A stretch of DNA of 64,000 nt from Trueperaceae bacterium (GTDB lineage: Bacteria; Deinococcota; Deinococci; Deinococcales; Trueperaceae). Of this stretch, positions 41,257 through 51,690 are shown one piece after another (within the stretch, counting starts at the first letter, position 1; each line of letters begins with the position of its first letter). The position numbers and the translations under genes are program-made. Under the pieces are notes generated by a model, which saw only the letters and a program-made list of their open reading frames with translations, did no database searches and was not told the DNA's origin. Where the stretch lies: positions 96,001 through 160,000 of the forward strand of contig JAXHNB010000008.1 of the NCBI GenBank assembly GCA_034520945.1, written 5' to 3'.

Positions 41257-42780
41257 TCACACGTCGAAGCTCGGCCTCCCGGGAACGCTGTCGCGCGCCG
41301 CCCGGATCGCTGCCTCCATCGTCGCGATTTCGTCGGCCGTCAGTTCGTCGAAGAGGGACCGTTTTCGCGCCGCCAGGCGTCCGCCGTTCTGCAGCACCAG
41401 GCGGACGAACAGGGACAGGCGCCGGTCGGGCATGTCCACCACCTCGCGTGCCGAGGCCATGGCGCGGCCCATGACCGTGAGGAAGGTCAACTCCTCGCGC
41501 AAGTCGTGCTCGACCGTATCGGCCAGGCGTCCGAACAGGAACTCGGCCATCGCCGTCGCGTCGAAGTAGCGGTAGAGATCGATTGTCTGGTCCTCGACAG
41601 CGATCCCCCGCTCGGGCGTCCACGACCAGGACGCCAGGTCGGTGATGGGGCCCGACACGTCCTCGAGGACTTGGTCGTAGGTCCGGCGGTCACGGAGGAT
41701 CGCGGCGGATACGGGAAGGATCACGTCCTTCGGGCCGAACTCGCGCCGGGCCAGGACGTTGTGGATCAGGAAGCGGTGAAGCCGTCCGTTGCCGTCCTCG
41801 AACGGGTGAATCAGGACGAAGGCGAACGACGCGACCGCTGCTGCGACGACGGGGTGCACGCCCGATTCCAGGGTGCGCCGATACAGTTCGGACCATCCCT
41901 GCATGAGGCCGGGAACGTCCTCGGGGCGGGGGCAGACGTAGTGCACTTCCTCTCGGAATCCCGACACCGTGGCGCCGATGAACGTCTGCGCGTCGCGCCA
42001 GCCGTCCGCGGCGTAGCGCGGATCGACGATTTCGCCCTGCAGTGAGACCAACGCGCCCATGTCGGCGGCATCGAAGTCGAATGCCCGTTGGAGGGCCTGC
42101 ACGAACCGCTCCGTACGGTGTCGGGAGGGTGTTTCCTGTTCGATCGCGAAGGACGACCTCGTCTCCTTGTTGTACAGGTACGCCACGGCGCGCATCAGGT
42201 CGGTCGGGTCGTACGCTTCGACGATGCGGCGTGCGAAGCGGTCGAGGTCGCGGTTCATCCAGGCGACGAGCTCGGGCGTCTTGCGTACGACGGGGCAGAG
42301 GGCAGGTCCGCCGAGGAGGTTGTCGATCACCCGGTGGCGTCGACTGTCGCGCCTTGCGCCGACGATGTGGCGATCAGGATCGAGGAACGGCACGTAGTTC
42401 CCCATGTCGGCGTCCGGTACGTTCACGGTTCGGCCCGTGAACCTCTCGTACAGGAACCACGCCTTGCGGAAGTACTTGCCGGTCGGCTCGGTGTCGTGCC
42501 AGGCGGCGAGATCGTTCGGAGCGATGCGTTTCATCGCGGCCACGAGCACGCCGAGGTCGACAGGCTCGTGGCGAAGCGCGAACTTCAGGTGCGCCGTGGG
42601 CACGTCGTCCAGCGCGTAGGAGGACGGGTAGTACTCGAAGGTCCGCGAGCCGACGACCTCCGTGCGTCGCGTGCCTCTTCCGCGAACGTAGCTGAGGGTT
42701 CGCGGCTCGGGCACGCGCAGATCCAGGGCTTCGAGGAGCCACGCGTGCCCGATCGGACGCGAATCGCGGCGAGACGTCAT
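41257..42780 (-). CDS. Long Fic family protein
   Basis: ETRSSFAIE, IHPFEDGNGRLHRFLIH, YRYFDAT, VVDMPDRR. Confidence 0.92.
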   Translation of the reverse strand: MTSRRDSRPIGHAWLLEALDLRVPEPRTLSYVRGRGTRRTEVVGSRTFEYYPSSYALDDVPTAHLKFALRHEPVDLGVLVAAMKRIAPNDLAAWHDTEPTGKYFRKAWFLYERFTGRTVNVPDADMGNYVPFLDPDRHIVGARRDSRRHRVIDNLLGGPALCPVVRKTPELVAWMNRDLDRFARRIVEAYDPTDLMRAVAYLYNKETRSSFAIEQETPSRHRTERFVQALQRAFDFDAADMGALVSLQGEIVDPRYAADGWRDAQTFIGATVSGFREEVHYVCPRPEDVPGLMQGWSELYRRTLESGVHPVVAAAVASFAFVLIHPFEDGNGRLHRFLIHNVLARREFGPKDVILPVSAAILRDRRTYDQVLEDVSGPITDLASWSWTPERGIAVEDQTIDLYRYFDATAMAEFLFGRLADTVEHDLREELTFLTVMGRAMASAREVVDMPDRRLSLFVRLVLQNGGRLAARKRSLFDELTADEIATMEAAIRAARDSVPGRPSFDV

Positions 42781-42845
42781 GGAACGATTATGTACCTTCG
42801 AAAACGATTACGGAAGGGGTGGTAACTCGAATCACGATTACGAAC
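42781..42845. promoter_or_regulatory. Phased triple direct repeat (A/C)ACGATTA, copy 2, directly upstream of fic
   Basis: Cores at 42783, 42803 and 42833. Confidence 0.75.
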
Positions 42846-43006
42846 CCGTCCGTTGGCTGGGGATGCCTCTGGGCGTACGGCTCATCGCGCCTACCGGCGC
42901 GCCGCGCGTCCGGCGAAGGCATCACGCATGGGGGGCTGGCCGAAGGCTCGTATCTGCGCCGCCCTGGGCGTATCGTCCTCGTAGATTCGAACCGGAAGGG
43001 GGCGAC

Positions 43007-43222
43007 ATGCGAACGCGCGTCGAGAAGCGGGGCAACAGCCTGGCCGTGCGGATCTCTCGTTCCTTCGCGGTCGAGGGCGGCTTGGAACCGGGCGCCGCCG
43101 TTGAGATGACGCTCGAGGGCGGATCGTTGGTCGTCAGGTCGGTGAGGAGACGGGACGTGCGGCTGGCCGACATGCTCGCTGGCGTCACCGAAGACAACCT
43201 CCACGGTCGGAATTACTTATGA
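43007..43222 (+). pseudogene. Orphan truncated MazE antitoxin
   Basis: MRTRVEKRGNSLAVRIS..LADMLAGVTEDNLHG; no toxin follows. Confidence 0.75.
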
Positions 43223-43311
43223 GTCATCCAAGACCCCTTCCGTACGATTCTATTTGAGTCAATGCGCGGCCTTGACATCCCACGCGAATTAGTTGCATTC
43301 TGGCAATAATC

Positions 43312-44532
43312 ATGGTGTCGACCCCCCTCGGTCCCGCTCGGGCCCAGCACGCCCGGCGCGTCGTGCGCCTCGTCCACCGCGGCGAGGCCACCACGCGCCA
43401 GGACATCGCCGATGCGACCGGTATGAGCCCCAGCCTGGTGTCACGGGTCACGGCCGATCTGGTGCGGCGCGGCGTGCTCCGCACGCGGAGCGGGCGCGGC
43501 AGTGAGGGCCCAGGTCGACCGACCGAACGCTTGGACCTGCATCCCGATGCCGGTCGCACCGTCGGCGTACAGGTGGCCCGTGACCGGCTCGCCGTGCTGA
43601 CGTGCGACGTTGCGGGGCGCCCCCTGGACACCTGGGAGGAACCGAATGACGCGCCGGGCGTCACGATCGACGCCGTCCACCGGTTGGCGGAACGAATCGC
43701 GGCGGCCGCGCGGTACGACGCGAGCGCGCCGCCGCTGGTCGGCGTCGGCGCCGCCCTGCACGACGTCGTGTCGGCCGACGGCGGCTGGCACGTCGCCGGT
43801 CACGAGGCGGACGCCGTGCCCGTACGCACCGTGCTCGCCGAGCACTTCGACGTTCCGATCGTCGTGGACGACGTGTCGCGGGCCTTCGCTTCCGCGGAGC
43901 ACCGCTTCGGCGCGGGGAGGGACGCGCCGGACCTGCTGTACCTGTTCCTGGGCCGCGACGGCGTGGGCAGCGGCATCTTCGCCGGCGATGCGGCGCTCCG
44001 CACCGCGACCGGCATCTGCGGCGAGATCGGCCACGTCCCGGTCGTGAACGACGGGGCGCCGTGCAGCTGCGGAAGGCGCGGCTGCCTGGAGACGGTCGCG
44101 ACGCACCGCGCGCTGCTGGCGCGCGCCCGTAGCCTACGGGACGACGACCCCACCGGCGAGTGGCAGCCCGGGGACGGACTGCACGCGCTGCTCGCCGCCA
44201 CCGCCGAGGGCGACCCGCTGGGCCGCCGCCTGGTGGAGGAACTCGCCGACCACCTGTGCGCCGCGCTGGACGGCGCGATCGCCGTGACCGGCGCCACCAC
44301 GGTGGTGCTCGGGGGTGACGTCCGTGCCTCGGGCGGGACGCTGCCGGGCGCGCTCGCACGCCGCTTGCGGGGCCGCTTGCTGCGGTCGCTCGCGGACCGC
44401 CTACAGGTCCGCTGGGCCGAGCTGCCGCCCACCGCCGGCGCGCACGGCATGGCGCTGGCGGCGCTGGACGCCGCGGTCGACGCGGGCGCGCTGATCGCCG
44501 CTCCCCGAAGGAAGAAGGAGGTCGCCATGTGA
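43312..44532 (+). CDS. ROK-family (NagC-like) transcriptional regulator
   Basis: N-terminal HTH, GRP, GEIGH..CSCGRRGCLE; TTGACA at 43272. Confidence 0.9.
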   Translation: MVSTPLGPARAQHARRVVRLVHRGEATTRQDIADATGMSPSLVSRVTADLVRRGVLRTRSGRGSEGPGRPTERLDLHPDAGRTVGVQVARDRLAVLTCDVAGRPLDTWEEPNDAPGVTIDAVHRLAERIAAAARYDASAPPLVGVGAALHDVVSADGGWHVAGHEADAVPVRTVLAEHFDVPIVVDDVSRAFASAEHRFGAGRDAPDLLYLFLGRDGVGSGIFAGDAALRTATGICGEIGHVPVVNDGAPCSCGRRGCLETVATHRALLARARSLRDDDPTGEWQPGDGLHALLAATAEGDPLGRRLVEELADHLCAALDGAIAVTGATTVVLGGDVRASGGTLPGALARRLRGRLLRSLADRLQVRWAELPPTAGAHGMALAALDAAVDAGALIAAPRRKKEVAM

Positions 44533-44597
44533 CGCCCCGACGCCGCTTCCGCACGGACCCCGACCGAACGAAACCCTCGCGCCCCCCGGAGGTACCC

Positions 44598-45875
44598 ATG
44601 ATCGTGAACGCCGCCCGCCGAGCCGCCCTGCTGTTGCTCGCACTGTTGCTGACTAGCGCCGCCGCCCAGACGGAACTGACCATCGCCCACGCCATGACCG
44701 GCGGCGCCGACCGCGCTGCCTTCGACGCCATCGTGGAGGCATTCGAAGCCGTGCACCCGGACATCACCGTCGACCAGGTGGTGCAGGACGACGACCTCTA
44801 CGAGGACGCCGGCCTCATCACGATGCTGCAGAGCAACGACCCGCCCGACATCTTCTTCCAGTGGGGCGGTGCGTTGGTGCAACGCGACGCCGAGCAAGGC
44901 TTCGCGGCCGACCTCACCGAGGCGCTCGACGCCGGGGGCTTCGGCGACTGGTTCGTCGACGCCGCCTGGAGCCCCGCCGCCGGCACCATGGTGGACGGGG
45001 GCGTCTACATGATCCCCAACTCCCTCGACGTCACCACCGCCATTTGGTACAACGTCGACCTGTTCGAGCAGCACGGCCTCGAGGAACCCCAAACGTGGGA
45101 CGAGTTCGTCGAGGTAGTCCGCACCCTCGCCGACGCCGGAGTGACGCCCCTGATGGTCGGCAACTCCGAGCTATGGCCGCTCGGCAATTGGGCCGGGCAC
45201 CTGACGACCCGCGTCGTCGGAATGGAGACCTTCGATCGCGCCATGCGTTTGGAGGCGCCGTTCCAGCAGGAGCCGTTCGTGCGTGCCTTCGGGTTGCTGG
45301 AGGAGCTCGCCGACGCCGGGGGCTTCAACGCCGACCTCACCAGCCTGGGCGCCGACCCGGCAATGAACGCCTTCTTCCAGGGCGCCGGCGCCATGCACCC
45401 CATCGGCAGCTGGCTGGTGCCGATCGCCGGGGAGAACGCGCCCGAGGGCTTCCGCTACGACGTCTTCAATACGCCCGAGATCGAAGGTGGCGCCGGCGCC
45501 GCCAACAGCGTGATCGGCCTGGCGACCGGTTTCGAGGTCAGCGCGGATACCGAGCACTTCGAGGAAGCCATCGCCTTCCTGCGGTTCTTCTCCGCCTCGT
45601 TGGAGGGTCAGCGCGTTTGGGCCGAAGCCGGCCAGTTCAGCCCCGTGCGCGGCGCCATGGAGATCGCCGACCTCGACCCGCACACCCAGGACCTGGCCGA
45701 GCTGTTCGAGACGGCCGAGGCCCTGGTGCCTCCGCCCGACACGGGGTACGCCGTCGAGGTGGCGGACGTGTTCTACGAGGGCGCAGCGCGCGTCGCCAGT
45801 GGCACCAACGACGCCGAGGGCGCCCTGGCGTGGATCGACGACCAGCTGCAGCCGCTCCGGGACGAGCGTGACTGA
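44598..45875 (+). CDS. Sugar ABC substrate-binding protein
   Basis: Signal peptide ending AAA|Q; PPDIF, YNVDLFEQHGL..PQTWDEF. Confidence 0.9.
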   Translation: MIVNAARRAALLLLALLLTSAAAQTELTIAHAMTGGADRAAFDAIVEAFEAVHPDITVDQVVQDDDLYEDAGLITMLQSNDPPDIFFQWGGALVQRDAEQGFAADLTEALDAGGFGDWFVDAAWSPAAGTMVDGGVYMIPNSLDVTTAIWYNVDLFEQHGLEEPQTWDEFVEVVRTLADAGVTPLMVGNSELWPLGNWAGHLTTRVVGMETFDRAMRLEAPFQQEPFVRAFGLLEELADAGGFNADLTSLGADPAMNAFFQGAGAMHPIGSWLVPIAGENAPEGFRYDVFNTPEIEGGAGAANSVIGLATGFEVSADTEHFEEAIAFLRFFSASLEGQRVWAEAGQFSPVRGAMEIADLDPHTQDLAELFETAEALVPPPDTGYAVEVADVFYEGAARVASGTNDAEGALAWIDDQLQPLRDERD

Positions 45876-46795
45876 GCGCCATCCGGGGGGCGGAGCGGCG
45901 ACCGCCGCTCCGCCCCCCGGACGGCGCCAATCGCTGGGCCCCGTACCTGTTCATCGCGCCCGCACTCCTGCTGTTCGGCGCCTTCGTGCTGCTCCCTCTG
46001 GGGTCCAGCCTGTACTACGGTTTCACCCGCTGGGACGGCATCAGCCCGCCCGAGTGGGTGGGCCTCGCCAACTACGCGCGCGCGCTTAGCGACGGGATCT
46101 ATCTTCGTTCCTATCTCAACGTGGGCCTCTACATCGTCGGCACGTTGGTCGTCGAGGTCGCCTTCGGCCTGGTGATGGCCACGCTCCTGAACTCCGATCG
46201 GCGCGGCTTCCCGCTGGCGCGCGTGCTGTTCTTCTCGCCGATGGTGCTGTCCATGGTCGCCGCCGGCCTCCTGTGGGCGTTCGTCTACGACCTGCGCTTC
46301 GGGCTCCTCAACGGCGCCCTGGAGGTAGTCGGCCTGGGCGAGCTGACGCGCGCCTGGCTTTCGGATCCGAGGACCGCGCTGGCCGCCGTGACCGTGGTCA
46401 GCGGCTGGAAGTACGCCGGGTTCTACATGATCATCTACCTCGCCGCGCTGCGCCGCATCCCCGCCACGCTATACGAGGCCGCGCGCCTCGACGGTGCGGG
46501 TCCCATCACGCAGTTCCTTCGCATCACCCTCCCGCTGCTGCGTGAGACGACCGTCGTCACGGTGCTGCTGTGCGTCACCGGCGGCTTTGCCGCCTTCGAC
46601 CTGTTCTTCGCCATGACCAACGGTGGCCCCTTCAACGCCACCGAAATCCCCACCACCTGGATCGTGAAGCAGGCGTTCGACCGCGGCCGCTTCGGCTACG
46701 GCATCGCCCTCACCGTGCTCATGGCCGCTATCGTCGGCGTGCTGTCCGTGATCTACCTGCGCATCAGTCAGCGAGGTGAGCGTGTCGAGTACTGA
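45872..46795 (+). CDS. Sugar ABC permease (start uncertain: CTG 45872, or GTG 45868 with a frameshift)
   Basis: YLFIAPALL, WVGLANY, LYEAARLDGA, TNGGP. Confidence 0.88.
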   Translation: MSAIRGAERRPPLRPPDGANRWAPYLFIAPALLLFGAFVLLPLGSSLYYGFTRWDGISPPEWVGLANYARALSDGIYLRSYLNVGLYIVGTLVVEVAFGLVMATLLNSDRRGFPLARVLFFSPMVLSMVAAGLLWAFVYDLRFGLLNGALEVVGLGELTRAWLSDPRTALAAVTVVSGWKYAGFYMIIYLAALRRIPATLYEAARLDGAGPITQFLRITLPLLRETTVVTVLLCVTGGFAAFDLFFAMTNGGPFNATEIPTTWIVKQAFDRGRFGYGIALTVLMAAIVGVLSVIYLRISQRGERVEY

Positions 46796-47624
46796 GCGGC
46801 GCCCGCGCCTCGACCCCGGACGGCTGCTGCACGGTTGGGTGGTGCTGACCGTGGTGGCGGGGATGGCCTTCCCGCTGGCGTGGATGCTGTACTCCAGCCT
46901 GAAAAGCAACCAGGAGATCTTCGCGCGGCCCTTCGGCCTGCCCCAGGACCCGGACTGGGGCAACTGGTGGGTGGCGTGGACCACCGGCGACCTGGGACGC
47001 CTCTACCTGAACAGCCTGCTCGTCACCGGCAGCGCCGTCCTGATCGTGGTGTCGCTCGCGGCGCTCGCCGCCTACGCCTTCGCGCGCCTGCGCTTCCCGG
47101 GCCGCGACGCGCTCTTCTACCTGTTCCTGATCGGCCTGTTGCTACCGCCGCAGACGGTGATCATCCCGCTGTTCTCGCTACTGCGCGACCTGGGGCTCCT
47201 CAACACCTACTGGGCGCTGATCCTGCCCTACGCCAGTTGGCCGTTGGCGCTGACCATTTTCATGCTGCGCTCGTTCTACCGCACCCTTCCCGGCGAGCTC
47301 GAGGACGCCGCCCGCATCGACGGCGCCGGACTGTGGACCACCTTCTGGCACGTGATGCTGCCGCTGGTGCGACCGGCGCTGGTGACCATGGTGATCCTCA
47401 ACGCCGTGAACCTGTGGAACGAACTCCTCTTCGCCCTGCTGTTCATCCAGGAGGAGACGATGCGCACGCTACCCGCGGGCCTGATGGCCTTCTACGGCTA
47501 CCACAGCGTCGACTACAAACTGGTGTTCGCCGCCCTCAGCATCGCCACCGTGCCGGTGCTGATCTTCTACTTCATCTTTCAGCGCCAGATCATCGCCGGC
47601 CTCACCGTCGGCTCCCTGGACTGA
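46776..47624 (+). CDS. Sugar ABC permease
   Basis: NSLLVT, ELEDAARIDGA, WNE, FQRQIIAGL. Confidence 0.9.
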   Translation: MSVSSTERRPRLDPGRLLHGWVVLTVVAGMAFPLAWMLYSSLKSNQEIFARPFGLPQDPDWGNWWVAWTTGDLGRLYLNSLLVTGSAVLIVVSLAALAAYAFARLRFPGRDALFYLFLIGLLLPPQTVIIPLFSLLRDLGLLNTYWALILPYASWPLALTIFMLRSFYRTLPGELEDAARIDGAGLWTTFWHVMLPLVRPALVTMVILNAVNLWNELLFALLFIQEETMRTLPAGLMAFYGYHSVDYKLVFAALSIATVPVLIFYFIFQRQIIAGLTVGSLD

Positions 47625-47641
47625 CCCGAACGGAGGTGCCC

Positions 47642-48943
47642 GTGACCCTCGCCTACCGCGGCGTGATCGAAGGCTTCTACGGACGACCCTGGACCCCCAC
47701 CCAGCGCCACGACCTGTTGGCCCGCATGGGCGCGTGGGGCATGAACACGTACGTCTACGGCCCCAAGGACGATGTGAAGGTGCGCGCCGCCTGGCGCGAG
47801 CGCTACGACGCCGACGAGGCGCGCGATCTGGGCGCGCTGGCCGACGCCGCCGCGCGGCACGGCGTGGCGCTGCACTACGCCATCGCCCCCGGCCTGGACG
47901 TGCGCTACGCGGACACGGACGACCGGCGCGCGCTGCGCGCCAAGCTGGAGCAGGTGCTGGAGCTCGGCGTCGGCGCCGTGACGCTGCTGTTCGACGACAT
48001 CCCCGCTGGGCTGACGGGTGCGGACCGCGCGGCGTTCGCGTCGTTCGGCGCGGCGCACGCCGACGTCGCCAACGAGGTCGCCGGCTTCCTCGCGCCCCGC
48101 GACGTGCCGCTGCTCCTCTGTCCCACCGAGTACTGCGACCGCTTCGCCGACCCGTCGGTGGAGGCGAGCCCCTACCTCCACGACCTGGGGGCGGCGCTGG
48201 ACGCGCGCGTCGACGTGTACTGGACGGGCCCCGAAATCGTCTCCGAGACCGTCCCGAGCGACGCCACGCGGCGCATCGCCCGGGTGCTGGGGCGCGCGCC
48301 CGTACTGTGGGACAACCTCCACGCCAACGACTACGACCACCGCCGCGTCTACCTGGGGCCCTACCTGGGCCGCGGCCCCGCGCTACGCGGAGAACTGCGC
48401 GGCGTGATCACCAACCCCAACGTGGAGGCCGAGGCGAACGCCGTGCCGTTGCACACCACCGCCGCTTGGCTGCGCGGCGAGGACGATATCGAGGCGGCGC
48501 TGGCGCGCGCGATCGACGCCTGGTTGCCGCGCTTCGCGACGCACGGCGGGCACGCCGACCGCGAGGAGGTGGGGCTGCTCGTGGACTACCTGCACCTGCC
48601 GTTCCGGCACGGCCCGGCCGCCCAAGCCCACCTCGCCGCCGCCGCCCGCGTGGCGGCGGACGGCGGCGGCGCGGAGGATCGCGACCTCCTGGCCGAGCGC
48701 GCCCGTCAGCTGGTCGCCGTCCACCGCCGCGTCACCGAGCTCCGCGATCGCGACCTCGCCTACGCCCTGTACAGCTACGTGTGGGACCTCAAGGAGGAGG
48801 CCGAGGTGTTGGCGAGCTACGCGCGCCACCCGGGCGGGCCCTTCTGCCGGCCCGACGCCCTCCCGAACACCTACCGCACCGGCATCGTGGATGCCCTACA
48901 GGGGATCCTGCCGCTGGACGCCGACGGGTGCGTGCGGCGGTGA
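47642..48943 (+). CDS. GH84 beta-N-acetylglucosaminidase (O-GlcNAcase-like)
   Basis: GVIEGFYGRPW, YGPKDD, LLFDDI catalytic pair, CPTEY, WTGP, WDNLHANDYD. Confidence 0.92.
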   Translation: MTLAYRGVIEGFYGRPWTPTQRHDLLARMGAWGMNTYVYGPKDDVKVRAAWRERYDADEARDLGALADAAARHGVALHYAIAPGLDVRYADTDDRRALRAKLEQVLELGVGAVTLLFDDIPAGLTGADRAAFASFGAAHADVANEVAGFLAPRDVPLLLCPTEYCDRFADPSVEASPYLHDLGAALDARVDVYWTGPEIVSETVPSDATRRIARVLGRAPVLWDNLHANDYDHRRVYLGPYLGRGPALRGELRGVITNPNVEAEANAVPLHTTAAWLRGEDDIEAALARAIDAWLPRFATHGGHADREEVGLLVDYLHLPFRHGPAAQAHLAAAARVAADGGGAEDRDLLAERARQLVAVHRRVTELRDRDLAYALYSYVWDLKEEAEVLASYARHPGGPFCRPDALPNTYRTGIVDALQGILPLDADGCVRR

Positions 48944-49533
48944 GGATCGACCGCGTCGACCCCGCCGACCTTCCCGGCGCCTACCGGGTGTGCCTCGCCA
49001 CCGGCGACGCCGGCGAGGACGCCACCGGCCTGCACGCCGACCCGAATCTGCTGGGGCACGTGTTCGTGGGGCCCTACCTGGGCCTGGAGGCGCGGCACGC
49101 CTTCGTGCTTCGCGACGGCGACGCCGTCCTTGGCTACGCCCTGGGCGCCCGCGACACGGCGGACTTCGAGCGGCGCTGCGAAGCGCGCTGGTGGCCGCCG
49201 CTTCGCGCCATGTACCCGCCCGACGCGCCGCGGCCCGAGCGGGACGCGGAGCTGGTGCGGCTGCTATACGCGCCCGAGCGCACGCCCACGGACCGCCTCG
49301 CCTCTCACCCGTCGCACCTGCACGTCGACCTGTTGCCGCCCGCGCGGGGACGCGGCCTGGGGCGCGCCATGATCGAGGCCGTCCTCGCCTCGCTGGTAGA
49401 GGCCGACAGTCCCGGCGTGCACCTGGGGGTGGCGCGCCGCAACACGCGCGCCGTGGGCTTCTACCAGCACCTCGGCTGGCGCTGGCTGGCCGACGAGGGC
49501 GACGCCGCCATCCTGGGATGGAGGCCGTCTTGA
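48940..49533 (+). CDS. GNAT acetyltransferase-like protein
   Basis: VGPYL, GYALGARDT, HLHVDLLP..RGRGLG, GVHLGV..N..AVGFY. Confidence 0.88.
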   Translation: MRIDRVDPADLPGAYRVCLATGDAGEDATGLHADPNLLGHVFVGPYLGLEARHAFVLRDGDAVLGYALGARDTADFERRCEARWWPPLRAMYPPDAPRPERDAELVRLLYAPERTPTDRLASHPSHLHVDLLPPARGRGLGRAMIEAVLASLVEADSPGVHLGVARRNTRAVGFYQHLGWRWLADEGDAAILGWRPS

Positions 49534-50267
49534 ACGCGCTCGACGCCTACCACACCGCCGTGGTTGAGCGCCTCGACGGCGCGCTCCGCGAGCGCCGCGA
49601 CACCCTGGAACGGTTCGCGGACTGCATCGCCGACGCGGTCGAAGCGGGGGGCCTCCTCTATCTCACCGGCAGCGGCCACGCGCACATGATGGCGGAGGAA
49701 CCCTTCTACCGCGCCGGCGGGCTCGCCGCCGTGCACCCCGTGTTGGTGCCCGCGCTGATGCTGCACGAGGGGGCGGTGCGCAGCACCCGGCTGGAGCGGT
49801 TGGCCGGCCTTGCCCGCGCCGCGCTGGCCGACCTGCCCCTCGGTGAACGCGACGTGTTCGTCGTGGCCTCCAACTCCGGGCGCAACGCCTTCCCGGTCGA
49901 GGCCGCCCAGGCCGCACGCGAGGCCGGGGCCTTCGTGGTAGCCCTCACCAGCGTCGAGCACGGCCGCCGCGTCGCCTCGCGCCACCCCAGCGGCGAGAAG
50001 CTGAGCGACGTCGCCGACCTGGTCGTGGACACCGGCGCCCCCTACGGCGACGCGGCCGTCCCGCTGGGCCCAGGGCTGCCCACCGTCGCGCCGGTCAGCA
50101 CCGTCTTGGGTGCGTTCCTGTTGAACGCGGTGACCGCCCGCGCCACGCAGCTGCTCTTCGAGCGGGGCGCCCGGCCCGACGTCTTCGCAAGTGCCAACCT
50201 CACGGACGGCGAGGCGATGCCCGCCGAGCGCCTGGCGGCGTGGCGCGCCCGGGTGAAGCCGCTGTGA
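49530..50267 (+). CDS. SIS-domain sugar isomerase
   Basis: GSGHAHMMAEE.FYRAGGL, SNSGRN, SRHPSG, PYGDA. Confidence 0.88.
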   Translation: MNALDAYHTAVVERLDGALRERRDTLERFADCIADAVEAGGLLYLTGSGHAHMMAEEPFYRAGGLAAVHPVLVPALMLHEGAVRSTRLERLAGLARAALADLPLGERDVFVVASNSGRNAFPVEAAQAAREAGAFVVALTSVEHGRRVASRHPSGEKLSDVADLVVDTGAPYGDAAVPLGPGLPTVAPVSTVLGAFLLNAVTARATQLLFERGARPDVFASANLTDGEAMPAERLAAWRARVKPL

Positions 50268-51235
50268 CGGGCGTCGAGGCGGCGCCCCTGGTGCTGGGCC
50301 TCGACGCGGGCGGCACCCACACGCGCGGCGTGGCCATGACCCTGGACGGGCGGGTGTTGGCGCGTAGCCTGCGGCAGGGCGCCAACCCCCGCGCCGTCGG
50401 CGATGCGGAGGGACGCACCCGCCTGGAGGCCGCCGTCGCCGATCTGCGTGCTCAGGCGCCGGGTCCCGTCCTGCACGTCGCGATCGGCCTCGCCGGCCTC
50501 ATGGATTCCGCCCCCGACGCCGTCGCCGCGGGGTGGGCCGAGCGCCTGGGGGTGCCGGCCGCCACCGTCGACACCGACGCGCGCGTCGCCCACGCCGCGG
50601 CCTTCGGGCTCGGTCCCGGCGCGATCGTGGTGGCCGGCACCGGCAGCCAGTGCCTGGCCATCGACCCGGAGGGCAACCGCGTTCGCGTCGGCGGCTGGGG
50701 CTCCACCTTCGGCGACGAGGGCAGCGCCTATTGGATCGCCCGCACGGCCATCACCTCCGCGCTGCATGCCCTGGACGAGGGGTGCGACGATCCTTTCACG
50801 GACGACCTGGCGCGCGTCGCCGGAACGTCCCTGGACGCGCCGGCCGCCGACCTGCACGACGCCCTGCTGCGCTACCTGTACGGCGAGGCGGCGACGCCGG
50901 ACCGGCACGCCGCCTTCGCGCTGCGCGTCGCCGAGCGCGCCGAAGCCGGCGCGCCACAAGCGGAGGCGCTGCTGCGCGAGGCGGGCGCGCACTTGGCGCG
51001 GCTGGCGCGAACCGCCGCGACGCGCTCCCACCTCATGGAGGTCGCGTACTCCGGCAGCGTGCTGAGCAACAACGCCCACGTCCGTGACGCCTTCCTCGAG
51101 GCCTGCCGCGAGGCCGAGCTGACGGTAAGGCCAGGGCGCTGGGATCCCGCCCTCGGCGCGGCGCGGTTGGCGCGCGCCGCCGTCGACGTGGGCGGGCGTG
51201 CGGGCGCGGGGCCGTCCGGGGCTCGTGGGGGCTGA
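50264..51235 (+). CDS. BadF-type N-acetylglucosamine kinase
   Basis: LGLDAGGTHT, AGTGS, GGWG..GDEGSAYWI. Confidence 0.88.
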   Translation: MTGVEAAPLVLGLDAGGTHTRGVAMTLDGRVLARSLRQGANPRAVGDAEGRTRLEAAVADLRAQAPGPVLHVAIGLAGLMDSAPDAVAAGWAERLGVPAATVDTDARVAHAAAFGLGPGAIVVAGTGSQCLAIDPEGNRVRVGGWGSTFGDEGSAYWIARTAITSALHALDEGCDDPFTDDLARVAGTSLDAPAADLHDALLRYLYGEAATPDRHAAFALRVAERAEAGAPQAEALLREAGAHLARLARTAATRSHLMEVAYSGSVLSNNAHVRDAFLEACREAELTVRPGRWDPALGAARLARAAVDVGGRAGAGPSGARGG

Positions 51236-51408
51236 TACGCATTAGCGCTCCAGGCCAGGGACGACCGTCAGGCCGCGTCCGTCGCCCCGCGCGGAGCGAG
51301 CGTGTCGGCCAGAGCAAGCATCGCGATACCGAATGTAAGCTGCTCCCGCCCCGCGCCTTCGCCGCACTAGCTTTTCTCGAAGCGGCCTCTACATAGAAGG
51401 GTCCAACG

Positions 51409-51672
51409 ATGGCGTTGTTTTCGGACGCGTCGTACGAGGAGGTCATGCGGCAATTGACCAAGGGGTTGGCGTGATCGTCGTCGTGGGGGGAGTCATGGGA
51501 GGTGCCGGGGAAGGCGGCGATCGCGCGGGCGCGGCAGCGCCTGGGGGTGGAGCCGCTGGAGATGCTGTATCGGGCGGTGGCGGTGCCGCTGGCTATGTCG
51601 GAGACGGTGGGCACGTTCTATCGCGGTTGGCGGCTGGTGAGTTTGGATGGGTCGTGCTTGGATGTGGCGGCC
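51409..51672 (+). mobile_element. IS4-family transposase remnant with an internal stop
   Basis: LFSDASYEEVMRQL..*..AIARARQRLGVEPL..YRGWRLVSLDGSCLDV. Confidence 0.75.
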
Positions 51673-51690
51673 TATTGGGTGGCCGCGCCC

